A model generated the notes under the pieces. That model was not told the DNA's origin. It worked only from the letters and a program-made list of their open reading frames with translations, and ran no database searches. Source: Camelus ferus (taxonomy: Eukaryota). Taken from it: a stretch of DNA of 64,000 nucleotides. The position numbers and the translations under genes were made by a program. Every line of letters starts with the position of its first letter. Positions within the stretch are counted from its first letter, which is position 1. This document shows, piece after piece, positions 63,353-64,000 of the stretch. The stretch is taken from the NCBI RefSeq assembly GCF_009834535.1, contig NC_045697.1, forward strand, positions 7,194,001 to 7,258,000, read 5' to 3'.

Positions 63353-63682
63353 CCTGCACTGTCCGATGTGGAAGCCACAAGCCACGCGTGGCTGCTGGGG
63401 ACTTGAAATGTAGCCAGTTCAGATGCAATGTCCCAGAAGGATAAAGACATAATGGATTTTGAAAACTTAGTACAAAGAAAGTAAAATATCTTTTTTATAA
63501 TTTTTGTATGGGTTAAATGTTGAAATGATGATACTTTAAGTCTATTAGATTTTTTAAATCTGTTTTTTTTATTTTATCTTTTTTTCTTTTTTCTTTTTCT
63601 TTTTCATTTTTTTTAATGTGTCTGCTAGTAAATTTAAAACCACAGGTGTGGTTTGCATTATATTTCTATTGGATGATGCTGG
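63353..63682 (-). mobile_element. MER33 (hAT-Charlie)
   Basis: gcactgtccgatgtggaagccacaagccacgcgtggct...ggattttgaaaacttagtacaaa...gcattatatttctattggatgatgctg. Confidence 0.85.
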
Positions 63683-64000
63683 TCTAGACAAATTGCTGCT
63701 TGAAGGCATTTACAGTCTTAATCGGGTAAGGATATTTAATATATGAAAAAGTTAGTGAATGTGGCCATGCATCACCATACACCAAACTACATATAGTATT
63801 TCTTGAGACAAGGCAGTGCTTTTTTTGATCTTGTTTTCTTTTTAACTAAAAGACATTTTCAACCTATTGAAGGTCAGGATACCAGAGCACTGGACAGTGT
63901 ATTTTTTGTTTTGCTTTGATTTTTTTTTGCCAAATCTTTCAAGTTTCTTCTTCCTTTCCAAGCAAAAAGCCAATATTATTCCCTTTTCTTTCCAATATAC

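Noticed and set aside
1..64000. CRISPR array, operon or other prokaryote-like system; intact retroelement ORFs
   Set aside because: The sequence is mammalian and CpG-depleted, with no regularly spaced repeats and no long ORFs.

Overview
Repeat-rich mammalian genomic DNA, intronic or intergenic. A tRNA-derived SINE at 1095-1242 and several young L1 3' ends match camelid-type elements as I recall them, so the source is probably alpaca, llama or camel; this is an inference, not a database result. I found no protein-coding gene, RNA gene or CRISPR array that I can support. The supplied ORFs are short chance ORFs, mostly inside repeats. Much of the window is transposon fossils: MIR, L2, old L1M and young L1, MaLR/ERVL/ERV1 solo LTRs, and hAT/Tigger DNA transposons. 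Family names come from recalled consensus sequences and boundaries are approximate unless a target-site duplication (TSD) is given. The most interesting signals are (1) short patches where old repeats look shifted from A/T to G/C, as expected from GC-biased gene conversion; (2) one clear and one probable 5'-inverted (twin-primed) L1 insertion; (3) young insertions with visible TSDs; and (4) non-repetitive islands with GATA/RUNX/ETS or homeodomain motif clusters and a few orphan exon-like segments. I do not see evidence for a novel multi-gene system.
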